From Octopus vulgaris (taxonomy: Eukaryota): DNA of 64,000 bases. The position numbers and the translations under genes were made by a program. The stretch is from the NCBI GenBank assembly GCA_951406725.2, contig OX597818.1, positions 47,182,001 through 47,246,000 on the forward strand, read 5' to 3'. Shown here in pieces: positions 12,503-24,907 of the stretch (its first letter is position 1; each line of letters opens with the position of its first letter). The notes under the pieces were generated by a model. The model did not search any database, had not been told where the DNA came from, and worked only from the letters and a program-made list of their open reading frames with translations.

Positions 12503-12878
12503 TCATCATCATCATCGTTTAACGTCCGTTTTCCATGCTAGCATTGGCTGGACGGTTCGACCGGGGTCTGGGAAGCCAGGAGGCTGAACCAGGCCCCAGT
12601 CTGATCTGGCAGTGTTTCTACAGCTGAATGCCCTTCCTAATGCCAACCACTCTGTGAGTGTAGTGGATGCTTTTTATGTGCCACCAGCACAGGTGCTAGG
12701 GGAGGCTGGCAGCGGCAACGATCGGTTGGTGGTTTTTACATGCCACTGGCACAGGTATCACAGCTACAATTTCCATTTGATATTTATTTTGATGTTGATG
12801 TACTTGACTCAGTAGGTCTCCTCAAGCACAGCAGGTCATGTGCCACCAGCACAGAAGCCAGTCAAGGCAGTGCTGGCT

Positions 12879-12880
<2 letters not shown>
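12503..12880 (-). mobile_element. Family D element
   Basis: Reverse complement of the 3' part of 11570-12051. Confidence 0.85.
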
Positions 12881-12909
<29 letters not shown>

Positions 12910-13466
12910 GTTATTTTTACTGATTTCTTCATTATGTTCAACATTAATTGAAACAAATATATTCAACAGAAATATGATAACAAAAGGGTTAAAGGACATT
13001 ATAACAATGATGATAGTTTTTTTTGGAAGAAAAAAGCAGGGTAAGAAGAATTTATGTAGATAATTCCAGGCATGGCTCTGTGATTAAGAAGTTTGCTTCC
13101 TAATCATGTTTTGGGTTCAGTTTCACTGTGGGTGGCACCTTGGACAAGTGTTTTCTACTACAGTTCCAGGATGATCAAAGCCTTGTGAGTTGATTTAGTA
13201 AATGAAAACTAAGACGTCTATTGTGTGTGTTTGCTTACATTTGCATTTCTCCAAAAATTACTGAGCTGCAAGTTGTTATACTGTTGTTGTTCACCTTGTC
13301 AATAAATCACCTGTTGACTTTGCATTTTTATAGACGTAAAGAATAAAAGAACCCTTACTTGAAAAACAGGTGAGAGTAAGCATCAGGAAGGGTTATCAGA
13401 CTCCAAAACAATATCTCAAAAAATTAATGCATGGATAAATGATCTTAAAAACAAATGAATATATAT

Positions 13467-13720
13467 ATGGATTTGGTAAATGGAAACTGAAAGAAGCCTG
13501 CTGTATGTGTGTGAGTTTGTGTGTCTGTTTGTCCCCCCACCATCACTTGACAACCAATGCTGGTGTGTTTACATCCCCTAACTTAGCAGTTTGGCAAAAG
13601 AGGCTGATAGAATAAGTACTAGACTTACAAAGACTAAGTCCTGGGGTTGATTTGCTCGACTAAAGGTGGTGCTCCAGCATGGCCGCAGTCAAATGACCGA
13701 AACAAATAAAAGAAAAATAA
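13467..13720 (+). mobile_element. SINE family A, 3' part
   Basis: GGATTTGGTA...GGTGCTCCAGCATGGCCGCAGTCAAATGACCGAAACAA; ends about 15 nt from the exon 2 donor. Confidence 0.85.
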
Positions 13721-13734
13721 AGAAAATCTCTCAC

Positions 13735-13874
13735 CCAAATTCGTCTGCAAAGTCCAAAGCAATTTCATGTGCCAAGGGATCACGATCTAAAACTATCAAT
13801 TGTTGCAGTTGGGGTGCTGTTCGTAGAATCTCTCGACTGTGGCCTCCAGAACCAAAGGTCATGTCAAGAATCAC
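13735..13874 (-). CDS. METTL15: METTL15 coding exon 2 (SAM-binding motif)
   Basis: Acceptor TTTCTTCTAG, then VILDMTFGSGGHSREILRTAPQLQQLIVLDRDPLAHEIALDFADEF(G) with DxTxGxGGH and DRD motifs. Donor GG|GTGAGA. 140 nt, phase 0 to 2. Translated by hand; not in the minus-strand ORF track. Confidence 0.95.
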
Positions 13875-14150
13875 CTAGAAGAAAGTAAAAGCAAATTTAA
13901 GAATTGTAGAAAAACACAAGAAAGCTAGCAACAAGGGCTGCACAATCATTGGGAAAAAGAAGAGATTTTACTAAAGGAAGACTAAAGTATGAATTGACAA
14001 GAATAGAAAAAGCAGTAACATGATAGGACAAATATCCTCCTCCTCCTAGTTTTAACATCTACTTTACCCTGTCTGCATGGGTCAGATGGAATTTGTTGAG
14101 ACAGATTTTCTATGTCTGGATGACCAAGCAAAATAATAATTCTCCATGGC

Positions 14151-14525
14151 TACTCTTTTACTTGTTTCAGTCATTTGACTGCGGCCATGCTGGAATGCTG
14201 CCTTTAATCGAGCAAATCGACCCCAGGACTTATTCTTTGTAAGCCTAGTACTTATTCTATCGGTCTCTTTTGCCGAACTGCTAAGTTATGGGGATGTAAA
14301 CACACCAGCTCGGATGTCAAGCGATGTTGGGGGGACAATCACAGACATGCAAACACACACACACATATATACAACAGTTTCTATCTACCAAATCCACTGA
14401 CAAGGCTTTGGTCGGCCCGAGGATATAGCAGAAGACACTTGCCCAAGGTGCCATGCAGTGGGACTGAACCTGGAACCATGTGGTTGGTAAGCAAGCTACT
14501 TACCACACAGCCACTCCTATGCCTA
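14151..14525 (-). mobile_element. SINE family A
   Basis: Matches the other family A copies. Confidence 0.9.
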
Positions 14526-15023
14526 GATTATGTTTCCACAGAAGACTGGAAACATACAAGCAGTGTATGTATGACACTCACAACTACTTTGTGATGGGAA
14601 GGATACACACACATACAATTGGCTTTTTTCAGTTTTTGGTTGAGTTTGGTCGGCCTTGGGTGGCCCAGGTGCCATACAGTAGGACTGAACCCAAAACTAT
14701 GTGGTTGGGAAGCAAACTTCTTAACCACACAGCCATGCCTGTGTCAATACAATAATACAAATATTTGATAGCACCGATCAAATTATCTCCGCATAACATT
14801 AAGGCCTACATTATGTGTCAATTCTGCTGACATCCTGGTAAACATTTCTACTTGGTATGTAAACAAATACCTATGAAGTATTATGATTTTCTCATGTTGT
14901 GTACTAAATGGTTTATAGTTTTAAATCATGATTTATTAACCTCTGTAATCAATATTGTTTGACAATTTTTATGGTAATCCAAATGGAGTATAATTTTAAT
15001 TTTGTAAAAGTCAATGCATCTGC

Positions 15024-15232
15024 TTACTCTGTTACTCTTTTACTTGTTTCAGTCATTTGACTGCGGCCATGCTGGAGCACCGCCTTTTAGTTGAGCAAAT
15101 CAACCCCAGGACTTATTCTTTGTAAGCCTAGTACTTATTCTATCAGTCTCTTTTGCTGAACTGCTAAGTTATGGGGACGTAAACACACCAGCATCAGTTG
15201 TCAAGCGATGTTGGGGGGTGGGACAAACACAG

Positions 15233-15288
<56 letters not shown>

Positions 15289-15442
15289 ACGACGGGCTTC
15301 TTTCAGTTTCCATTGACCAAATCCACTCATAAGGATTTGGTCAGCCCGAGGCTATAGTAGAAGACACTTGCCTAAGTTGCCACATAGTGGGACTGAACCC
15401 AGAACCACATGGTTGGTAAGCAAGCTACTTACCACACAGCCG
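15024..15442 (-). mobile_element. SINE family A
   Basis: Matches the other family A copies. Confidence 0.9.
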
Positions 15443-16854
15443 CTGCATTCTTTAGTTTGATCTGTATTTATTATCTCTCATCATCCTTCAGTGTGGTTAA
15501 AAAACCAATCCCAACCAACTGGGATTAATAGAGTGACCTACATCTACACTCCTCAACCCTGGTGCTTCATTCATCATCATCATCGTTTAATGTCCTTCCT
15601 CCATGCTAGCACGGGTTGGACGGTTCGACCGGGGTCTGGGAAGCCAGGAGGCTGCACCAAACAGCAGTCTGATCTGGCAGTGTTTCTACAGCTGGATGCC
15701 CTTCTTAACGCCAACCACTCCGTGAGTGTAGTGGGTGCTTTTTATGTGCCACCAGCACAGGTGCCAGGGGAGGCTGGCAATGTCCATGATCAGTTAGTGG
15801 TTTTTACGTGCCACTGACACAGAAGCCAGTCAAGGCGGCGCTAGCATCGGCCACGTACGGACGGTGCTTTTTACGTGCCACCGGCACAGGTACCAGGGTA
15901 GGCTCAACCATACAATTCATTCATTTGATCACTGAAAACAAAATGCAACTGAGTCATCAATATTACTAATTTTTGCTAATTGAGTTAACTAGAGCCATGT
16001 GAAATGAAATGTTTTGCTCAAAAACACAACACATTGTCCAGTCCAGGAATCAAAACCACAATCTTATGATCACGAGTCCAACATTATAACCACTAACCAA
16101 TGCACCTCCATGTATTATGTCTAACTACCAAGATATTTTACATTTAGTGTAACTTCATTATTTAGATATCAAAAACTTGCCTTGCTCTCAGGGGCCTGAA
16201 AATACTTTAGTTCTCAGCAACTACAAACCCTTTACAGTGCTCAGATGGAACACAATGAAATACTGTTCCCTCAACAAAGCTCAGGTGACACACATAATAG
16301 TGTACTACACATTCCATCATCTTTGACTACATCCAATAAAAGGTCACACAAGTGATTAACATCATTATCATCATCATCATCATAATCATCGTTTAACGTC
16401 CGCTTTCCATGGCGAGCCAGATGACTGCACCAGGCTCCAATCTGATCTGGCAGAGTTTCTACAGCTGGATGCCCTTCCTAACGCCAACCACTCCGAGAGT
16501 GTAGTGGTAGCTTTTACGTGCCACCGGCACGAGGGCCGGTCAGGTGGTACTGGCAACTGAAGTTGCAAACCCCCACAATCATACTCTGGCTCACAGACAT
16601 GCTGCTTCTCTCTCCCCTCCTTTGTTACTACAACAACAATGGCCTCCACTACTTGGGGCTCACTGGTCTCATATCACATCTATTCAGGCACTCTTAACAT
16701 TACTAGCTCCCATAAATTGTTTGTGGGGAAATCTAATTGGAGCACCTTTTCTTGTACACGACACATACCCACTCACCTCAGTTCTAGTATCTCAATTATT
16801 TTATCAGACCTGCTTTTCAATGAACTGATATTACTAATAAATAAAAAATAAATG

Positions 16855-17098
16855 CGCCCTTTTAAAGCCTAGCCAGGCTCGTGGGCCCGGTTTCCCAGTT
16901 TCTATGATGTATGTTTTCCCCAGCTGGACGGGATGCCAGTCCATCGCAGCATTACTCATTTTTGTCAGCTGAGTGGACTGGAGCAACGTGAAATGAAGTG
17001 TTTTGCTCAAGAACAAAATGCGTCAACTGGTCCAGGAATCGAAACCACAATCTTACAATCATGGTGCTGACACCCTAACCACTAAGCCACGTGCCTCC
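16855..17098 (-). mobile_element. SINE family C
   Basis: Head GGAGGCACGTGGCTTAGTGGTTAGGG...GGTTTCGATTCC on the minus strand; 3' end shared with 5653-5955. Confidence 0.8.
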
Positions 17099-17209
17099 AC
17101 GATATTACTAATACCACTTTGAAATTTTGGCACAAAACCAGCAGTTTCAGGGGAGTGGAAAAGTCAATTACATCAACTCCAGTGCTCAATTGGTATTTAT
17201 TTTATTTTT

Positions 17210-17548
17210 TAAACTTTTTTGCTTCAGTCATTTGACTGTGGCCATGCTGGAGCACCGCCTTTAGTCGAGCAAATTGACCCCAGGACTTATTCTTTGTAAG
17301 CCTAGTACTTATTCTATCGGTCACTCTTGCCGAACTGCTAAGTTATGGGGACGTAAACACACCAGCATCGGTTGTCAAGTGATGTTGGGGGCACAAACAC
17401 ATGCATATATATATATATGACAGGCTTCTTTCAGTTTCCGTCTACCAAATCCACTCACAAGGCTTTGGTTGGCCCGAGGCTATAGTAGAAGACACTTGCC
17501 CATGTGGTTGGTAAGCAAGCTATTTACCACACAGCCACTCCTATGCCT
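17210..17548 (-). mobile_element. SINE family A with internal deletion
   Basis: Matches the other family A copies. Confidence 0.85.
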
Positions 17549-18199
17549 ACGTTCTTCATTGTTTTCAAAAACTCCAGCTTAATTAAATATGCATCCCAAT
17601 GAGTATTGTAGCAAAATTAGATGTATTAACAGACAAATGTACGCGAGAAGGTCAGAGTTGGAACGCATTTGATCATAGGACTACAGGATTAGAGTTGGCC
17701 AGGGGGTTAAACAACGACAATTCAATGCTATAATTTTAAATCTACCGTTTCCAATATTCCAAACTTTAACTTTCTTTTAAGTTTTCACGAAGCTCCAATA
17801 GTAAGTGTTTACAAAAAGAAAAAAAAAAACATTGTTGCCATATAAGAAGGAAAAGTTTGGGAGAAACTCAACTAGTAGCAGACTAAAATGAGTAAATTGC
17901 AATCAAATCAGAATACTTTATTTTATGGAAAAGAAATAGCCTTTTAAAATGTGCGACTACCATCATGTTCAAATATTAGAGAGAGAAAGAGAGAGTATAA
18001 ATAACAATTAAAGCTAATAAATTACTGAACAAAAACGACTTTTGTAGAAGTGAAAGTGGTACGTTATACTCCAAGACCGCCCTTATGTTTTCCCGTGTAA
18101 TCAGTCAAAATAAGGAAAACACAAACAACGGTTGACCTTCATTTCCTTAATTTCAATTTCCGTGTGATCCTCGTAACGTAAAATGAATAAAATTCTCAC

Positions 18200-18406
18200 C
18201 TGACCTTCTTTAGGATTCAAAATAGTCAGTATTTCGTTTAGCATCACAGGTATATGAGAACCTTTAGTATTTTGTGGTTTCTTTACTTGACACACGTGCC
18301 CGGTGGAGCAGAAACGATAATTTGGCAACAGCTTGAAATCCAACGGTCGCTGAAGCCGTAAACAAAAGCCTATAACAAGAGTTTGATGCATTCTAAAATG
18401 ATACAT
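18200..18406 (-). CDS. METTL15: METTL15 coding exon 1 (69 codons; likely mitochondrial targeting peptide plus HIPVM motif)
   Basis: MYHFRMHQTL...SHIPVMLNEILTILNPKEGQ; HIPVM matches the RsmH N-terminal HxPV motif. N-terminus is basic and acid-poor. Donor CAG|GTGAGA at 18199, phase 0. An alternative ATG at 18391 is possible. Confidence 0.9.
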
Positions 18407-18501
18407 AATGTTGGAAATGTAACATTAAGGAGTGATATAAGCTGAAATGATATTCAAAGTCGTCGAGTTACAACAGAAGCCATAACAGCAGATTGTAAAC
18501 A

Positions 18502-18509
18502 ACTTCCGG
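18502..18509 (-). promoter_or_regulatory. ETS/GABP-type motif CCGGAAGT in the putative METTL15 promoter
   Basis: ACTTCCGG on the plus strand, about 100 bp upstream of the ATG in a locally CpG-richer patch. Single motif; function is inferred. Confidence 0.35.
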
Positions 18510-18589
18510 AATTTACAAAACAGTTAAAAAGCGCGATAAGTATGGAAGTCCATTCGTATATAATTTTCTCACCCTATTACTGACAAGAG

Positions 18590-18776
18590 ACTATGGCACT
18601 ACAACCAGCCAGGAACAGTCTTCGCTACATTTGCGGTACCTGCCAGAGGGAGTGTTTGTCCAGGATAGGACTACACAGCCACAGCAGGAAATGTATCAGG
18701 ACATGAAATATAAAAGCCGGACTAGACTACTTCATGCGCAACTCCATTGTCTCCCGAGACAGAAAGGATGCCAACC
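18590..18776 (+). mobile_element. 3' end fragment of an RTE-clade LINE
   Basis: One frame reads ARNSLRYICGTCQRECLSRIGLHSHSRKCIRT*, matching the CxxC...SRIGLxSH C-terminus typical of RTE ORFs, followed by a short 3' UTR. Confidence 0.7.
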
Positions 18777-19254
18777 ATTACTGACAATGAACACTTGTGG
18801 AGTTTTCATCACGAATAATTTCATGCGCGAGTAAATAAGACAAATTATCATGTCACTTAAAAGACAGGATACAGTTCTGTAAGACACGTTCATTGCATTT
18901 ATGAGACCATCTCCCATCTACTTTCATTTCTTCCAAATTTAGACCAGCTGACATCTCTTGCGTTTCGATTTTAAACACTCAAAGAGAGAGTTTTATTTTA
19001 CTAATTACAGAGATAATTGCAGTAAATCGCAGTTTTTCAACTCGCTGTATTACATATGGGAGTTCTTACAGTATGTGTATTTAGTTTGCAGCCCTACGGA
19101 TAGCTCCGCACGAGAACTAAATGGTAAAGTCAACAGATCGCTTTAGATCGTGTAGGTTTTCATTGTATAGGAATTTGTTGGGCGAAAAAAAAACTGCGAT
19201 ATAATAAGGAAATATGTAATAAATCTACTACCTATACACACAGCGCGCGCACAT

Positions 19255-19327
<73 letters not shown>
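19255..19327. repeat. (CA)n microsatellite
   Basis: Direct reading. Confidence 0.95.
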
Positions 19328-19331
<4 letters not shown>

Positions 19332-20327
19332 TATACAAAACAATTCTAAATTGCTTATAATCATGCTCATCATTGCCTTGACTGTCATCATCAACAGAGT
19401 TTTTTGAAGTTGCGATTTTTGCCAATTCATTTTCAGAATCGGAATCTCCATAGCCGAAAACGTGGGTTTCCATTTTAAAAAAATGAACAAAGTGCGTTAC
19501 GTCTCCGCCATGTGCGCCATAGCATGTTATCCAGACGATCCTTGAAGACCACAAAAGTCTTCTGGAGCTGTATCTCGTTGTGGGGTTTGACGAGAAAGTA
19601 ATTAGACTGATGGTTCAAGGTAGAAAGCCTGGTTACTATACATCTGGCTGTAAGAGCTTCGTGGGTGTTTTCTACTCAGAGTAGCTGGAAAAGAAGGGTA
19701 ACAGATAAAACAGAGGACGATTGCAGAGCCAGGAAGCCTCTAAAACTTCGCTTTTCAAGAGGTCATTGATCATAGCTTTGAAGGCAGCAGGGTAAATGGC
19801 GTTGTCTTTAGTGTCAAGAATCTACGAATAGGAAATCTGGAGACCCTCTCCATGTGGTAACCACTTCATTGCCTTGCGAGGATGGAAAGGCAATAGAATC
19901 TGGTGGATGATGGCAAACTAGCGGAGATAGGAAAAACACAGAAAGGACAGCGAGACTAGGTCTAAGATAAACGAGATCTAAGAATAGAAATTCATCCCTC
20001 TCTGGGACGTCGTGAGATATACAGTTCTCCGAATTACCAACTGATGGATCATCTGAACTACTTGTAGAAGATCAGCGGAGAGAATGGTGTGCTGATTGAG
20101 TAGGAGATGCGGTCAGATTTTGTGGGACATCTAAATTATAGGCTGTTGGTTTGATTTTCACGAACAGGCTATGTACAAGAAAAAGTTTTTGAAGTTATTG
20201 CACTTTGGAGCATTTGAGTATCCACTATTTTTACTTTGGCGTGGGAAAACAAAACAAGTTTTGTCACTGGAGAATTTTTGATGATATATTTCATAAATAT
20301 TCGTAGGAGTGGCTGTGTGGTAAATAT

Positions 20328-20757
20328 AGGCGTAGGAGTAGCTGTGTGGTAAGTAGCTTGCTTACGAACCACATGGTTCCGGGTTCAGTCCCACTGCGTG
20401 GCACCTTGGACAAGTGTCTTCTTCTATAGCCTCCGGCCGACCAAAGCCTTGTGAATGGATTTGGTAGACGGAAACTGAAAGAAGCCCGTCGTATATGTAT
20501 ATATATATATATAAATATATATGTGTGTGTGTTTGTGTGTATGTTTGTGTGTCTGTGTTTGTCCTCCCCCCAACATCGCTTGACAACCGATGCTGGTCTG
20601 TTTACGTCCCCGTAACTTAGCGGTTCGGCAAAAGAGACCGATAGAATAAGTATTGGGCTTACAAAGAATAAGTCCTGAGGTCGATTTGCTCAACTAAAGG
20701 CGGTACTCCAACATGGACACAGTCAAATGACTGAAACAAGTAACAGAGTAAAAGAGT
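20328..20757 (+). mobile_element. SINE family A (duplicated head fragment at about 20302-20323)
   Basis: AGGCGTAGGAGTAGCTGTGTGGTAAG...GGTTCAGTCCC; GAGTAAAA tail. Confidence 0.9.
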
Positions 20758-20868
20758 TACGTGCATAATAACATGTCTTCTTTCTCCAGCAAACACGTCT
20801 TCAGGAATTTTGGACAGGACTTTGAACAGGAACATAAATTTTAAAACAAATTTGATAAAAACAATAAC

Positions 20869-21275
20869 GAGTGGCTGTGTGGTAAGTAGCTTGTTTACCA
20901 ACCACATGGTTCCGGGTTCAGTCCCACTGCGTGGCATCTTGGGCAAGTGTCTTCTGCTATAGCCCTGGGCCGACCAATGCCTTGTGAGTGGATTTGGTAG
21001 ACGAAAACTGAAAAGAAGCCCGTCGTATATATATGTATATATATATATATGCGTGTGTGTGTTTGTGTGTCTGTGTTTGTTCCTCTAGCATTGCTTGACA
21101 ACCGATGCTGGTGTGTTTATGTCCCCGTTACTTAGCGGTTCGGCAAAAGAGACCGATAGAATAAGTACTGGGCTTACAAAGAATAAGTCCCGGGATTGAG
21201 TTGCTCAACCAAAGGCGGTGCTCCAGCATGGCCGCAGTCAAATGACTGAAACAAGTAAAAGAGTAAAGAGAGTAA
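20869..21275 (+). mobile_element. SINE family A
   Basis: Matches the other family A copies. Confidence 0.9.
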
Positions 21276-21954
21276 CACTAAAACAATTAAAGGCAGGCAT
21301 GTGCAAACAATTTGATAAGCAGTAATCAGCAATGATAACGGCAACAAATGTAAATATTTTGACAACATTGTCTGTGAAAAATATTTCAAAATATGGGTCA
21401 GTGCACAAAAAAAAAACGAAAAAAGAACGTGGGACAGATAAGTCTCAAAATCTCTCTTTGCCTCACGATGTTATCGAAGAAAGAATAATGAGAAAAGTGA
21501 CATCTGTCACTCGAAAAGTAGGGTAGATTTTCTGTATGATTTCAAAAAAGCCGAATATTGCGGTTTTCATCGAGAAAGAACCTTCCCAATTTTCAATATT
21601 GAAGATGGAGTGAGACGTTCCAGAAATCTACCGTCCCAGCTCCGAGGATGGCCGGAAGACTTGTTTCGCTCTCTGAACCAGCAGCCGATGACCGGGAGAG
21701 GACCCCCTCTCCTAGTAGTACTACCCCATTGTCTTGCGATGAAGAGTGAATGGAGGCCTGACGTGGAGTAAACAAATTGTGGTTGACAGTAAAGAGAGAA
21801 AGTGAAAGAATGAAAAAATATGAGCTAAAACAAAAGGCGTTCAAGACGCATGCGCACACATTACATTTATATTTCTGCGTCTAATTCTATGTACAGGTAT
21901 CGCCTGCATTACGGTCGTCTCAAGTTACGTGATTTTACGGAAATTGTAAAGTAT

Positions 21955-22566
21955 CTCTTTTACTTGTTTCAGTCATTTGACTGCAGCCATGCTGGAGCAC
22001 CGCCTTTAGTCGAGCAAATCGACCCCAGGACATATTCTTTGTCAGCCTAGTACTTATCCTATTTCTTTATTGCCCACAAGGGGCTAAACATAGAGTAGAC
22101 AAACAAGGACGGACAAAGGTATTAAGTCGATTAGATCGACCCCAGTGCGTAACTGGTACTTAATTTATCGACCCCGAAAGGATGAGGCAAAGTCGACCTC
22201 GGCGGAATTTGAACTCAGAACGTAACGGCAGACGAAATACCGCTAAGCAGTTCGCCGCCTAGTACTTATCCTATCGGGCTTTTTTGCCGAACCGCTAAGT
22301 GACGGGGACGTAAACACACCAGCATCGGTTACCAAGCGATGTTGCGAGGACACACACAGACACACAAATATATACACACACACACATATATATACAGATA
22401 TACGACGAGCTTCTTTCAGTTTCCCTCTACCAAATCCACTCACAAGGCTTTGGTCGGCCCGAGGCTATAGTAGAAGACACTTGCCCAAGGTGCCACGCAG
22501 TGAGACTGAACCCGGAACCATGTGGTTGGTAAGCAAGCTACTTACCACACAGCCACTCCAACGCCT
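21955..22566 (-). mobile_element. SINE family A interrupted by a 5'-truncated family B SINE (22063-22256)
   Basis: 18-bp TSD GCCTAGTACTTATCCTAT at 22045-22062 and 22257-22274. Confidence 0.9.
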
Positions 22567-23053
22567 ATTAGTATGACCACTAATTTCGGGAGACGGTCTC
22601 TAATTTCGCCCTTACGGATATTCGGATAAATATTAACAATCTAAAAAGCTACACTTTCTTCTTAGCCCAAGGCTGCTTATCGACATTTTATTGAAGATTT
22701 AACATGGTTAACAATTTGAAAAACTATAATCACGATATGACATACCTACACCGACTTTGTTTCCTCATAGCTTTCAGAAAAATGGGTACTTTTAATGAAA
22801 TTTTGAAATTTTCAGCTAATATCTCTCGGGTGTGTAGATTATGATTATATCAGAATCTGAAGGTTGGGTGGAGGAATGGTGAGCACGTACACATATATTT
22901 TCACAACTCCACTTTAAAAATTTGGGATGTGCAAAATGGCTGCCGATGGACGCAAATATCTTTAAAGCTCTTCGTAAGGATACAATGCGAGAATTTCCTC
23001 AAAAAGAATTTGAGCATCTCTCACATCTATTTCTGTTCTTTGCAAGGCGACTG

Positions 23054-23279
23054 TTACTCTTTTACTCTTTACTCTTTTACTTGTTTCAGTCATTTGACTG
23101 CGGCCATACTGGAGCACCGCCTTTAGTCGAGCAAATCGACCCCGGGACTTATTCTTTGTAAGCCCAGTACTTATTCTATCGGTCTCCTTTTGCCGAACCG
23201 CTAAGTGACGGGGACGTAAAGACACCATCATTGGTTGTCAAGCAATGCTAGGGAGACAAACACAGACACACAAACACAT

Positions 23280-23364
<85 letters not shown>

Positions 23365-23530
23365 TACGACAGACTTCTTTCAGTTTCCGCCTACCAAATC
23401 CACTCACAAGGCATTGGTCGGCTCGGGGCTATAGCAAAAGACACTTGCCCAAGGTGCCATGCAGTGGGAACAAACCCGGAACCATGTGGCTTGTAAGCAA
23501 GCTACTTACCACACAGCCACTCCCGCGCCT
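23054..23530 (-). mobile_element. SINE family A with expanded (TA)n
   Basis: Matches the other family A copies. Confidence 0.9.
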
Positions 23531-23985
23531 ACTGAACGTAACTTTCGTAAATTGTCTTTCAGATTCTGCAGATCATTATGATCGCGTGGAGTCAACAGAT
23601 AATTAACCAGCTTTGGATCACCTTGAAGAGATCAACCAGCTTTGGATCACCTTGAAAAACGGCTTGAGTTGGATGTATCTCTCAATCATGTCATAAGTAC
23701 TGGACCAACGGGTTTTACTTCTTTGTTCAGGTTGCAAAGGCGTGTCTTCCCTAAGTTTACCCGCATGTTTTAATGATTTTTTGCTTGCCCATCAACATAT
23801 TGATTTTATCAAGCAGAACTTCCTGCTTGTCAAGATAAGCAGAAACACTCAGGTTGAATTTATGAGAGGCACATCCAATCAATGGTATTCTATATAAATT
23901 CGCTATAGATTTGTTCACTTCAGTATTATCTCCGGTAATAGCTACAACATTTCTTTAAATTTATTTTTTATAGACATTTAACACA

Positions 23986-24377
23986 TCTATATATATAAAA
24001 CTGTAGTTGTGTGAGTGTCTGTCCCCTTCGATTTAGATTCCTAACTACTCCCACATTTTGCGGTGCAGTTTAACCAAAACCCGGTATCTTATAGTCGTGA
24101 TTCATATCGAGCCCTTCTGGGTATTAGCGCGCGTCTACGAAGAGTCTACGATTTAAAAAAAAATTTACCATCATTTTTTTCCATTTTCATGCATATTTTT
24201 TAAAGGGAAGTAACTCTCTAAAAATGTCTACGATGAGTCAACGATTTAAAAAAAATTTACCATCATATTTTTTCCATTTTTAATGCATTTTTTTGCTATT
24301 TTTTGGCTATAACTCTCTAAAAATGCTGTATAGTTATTTCCCTTACAAACCCGAGCAACGCCGGGCGATACTGCTAG
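23986..24377 (+). mobile_element. Non-autonomous Helitron
   Basis: A|TC...CCCGAGCAACGCCGGG hairpin...CTAG|T, no TSD. Confidence 0.85.
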
Positions 24378-24874
24378 TACTCTATAAATTCAATGTAATT
24401 AGAAGTAGTGAATGATGTTTCACTTACCATTGGCAAAAATGCCAGCAAAACAGTACAATAGTCATTTTGATAATTGCACGAATGAGATGCAAAACGTGCA
24501 AGGAAATGCATCGAACACTTAGTCCAACCGTCGATTAACAACGAAAATTCATCAGATATTTTATTTCCCCACTTCTTGAGTAAGCTTCTCTTTATATTTC
24601 TTTAAGGTCACATTTGTCATACTTCCCAAGTTAGTGTACTTACGAGTCAGTGGGTCTTCAGTAAAGGAAAATGGTTTTAAACCAGCGCAATACCTACTCA
24701 ATCGAATCATAAACATTTAACGCCGTGCGGCTGATCAAACTACTTCTTGGTGAAAGAAGACTCGATATATAAATAGTAAATCAAAAACGAACAAACACAC
24801 AAAAAAAAACTACAACGCGTGGACGTGGTACATGTAAAGTATTAGCAGACGCTCAGGGAAGGAAAGAGAGATGG

Positions 24875-24907
24875 TTTAACGTTTCGAGCAACGCTCTTCC
24901 TCAGAGA
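24875..24907 (-). ncRNA. Minimal hammerhead ribozyme motif within a repeat spanning about 24780-24957
   Basis: Minus strand reads CTGAGGA-A-GAGC-gtt-GCTC-GAAAC-GTT; homologous to 47846-47875. Stem I is weak. Confidence 0.5.

Noticed and set aside
2081-18406. Bacterial rsmH/mraW from horizontal transfer or contamination
   Set aside because: The gene has four spliceosomal introns filled with host SINEs and a targeting-peptide-like N-terminus, so it is the ordinary nuclear METTL15.
19143-19554. ORFs of 108-115 aa upstream of METTL15
   Set aside because: Their length comes from a (CA)n tract, and there is no recognisable domain.
23235-23606. Recurrent ORFs such as SFSFRLPNPLTR...GTMWLVSKLLTTQPL resembling a gene family
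   Set aside because: Antisense translations of SINE family A.
23605-23657. Short direct repeats (also at about 37405 and 44100)
   Set aside because: Simple two-copy local slippage duplications.
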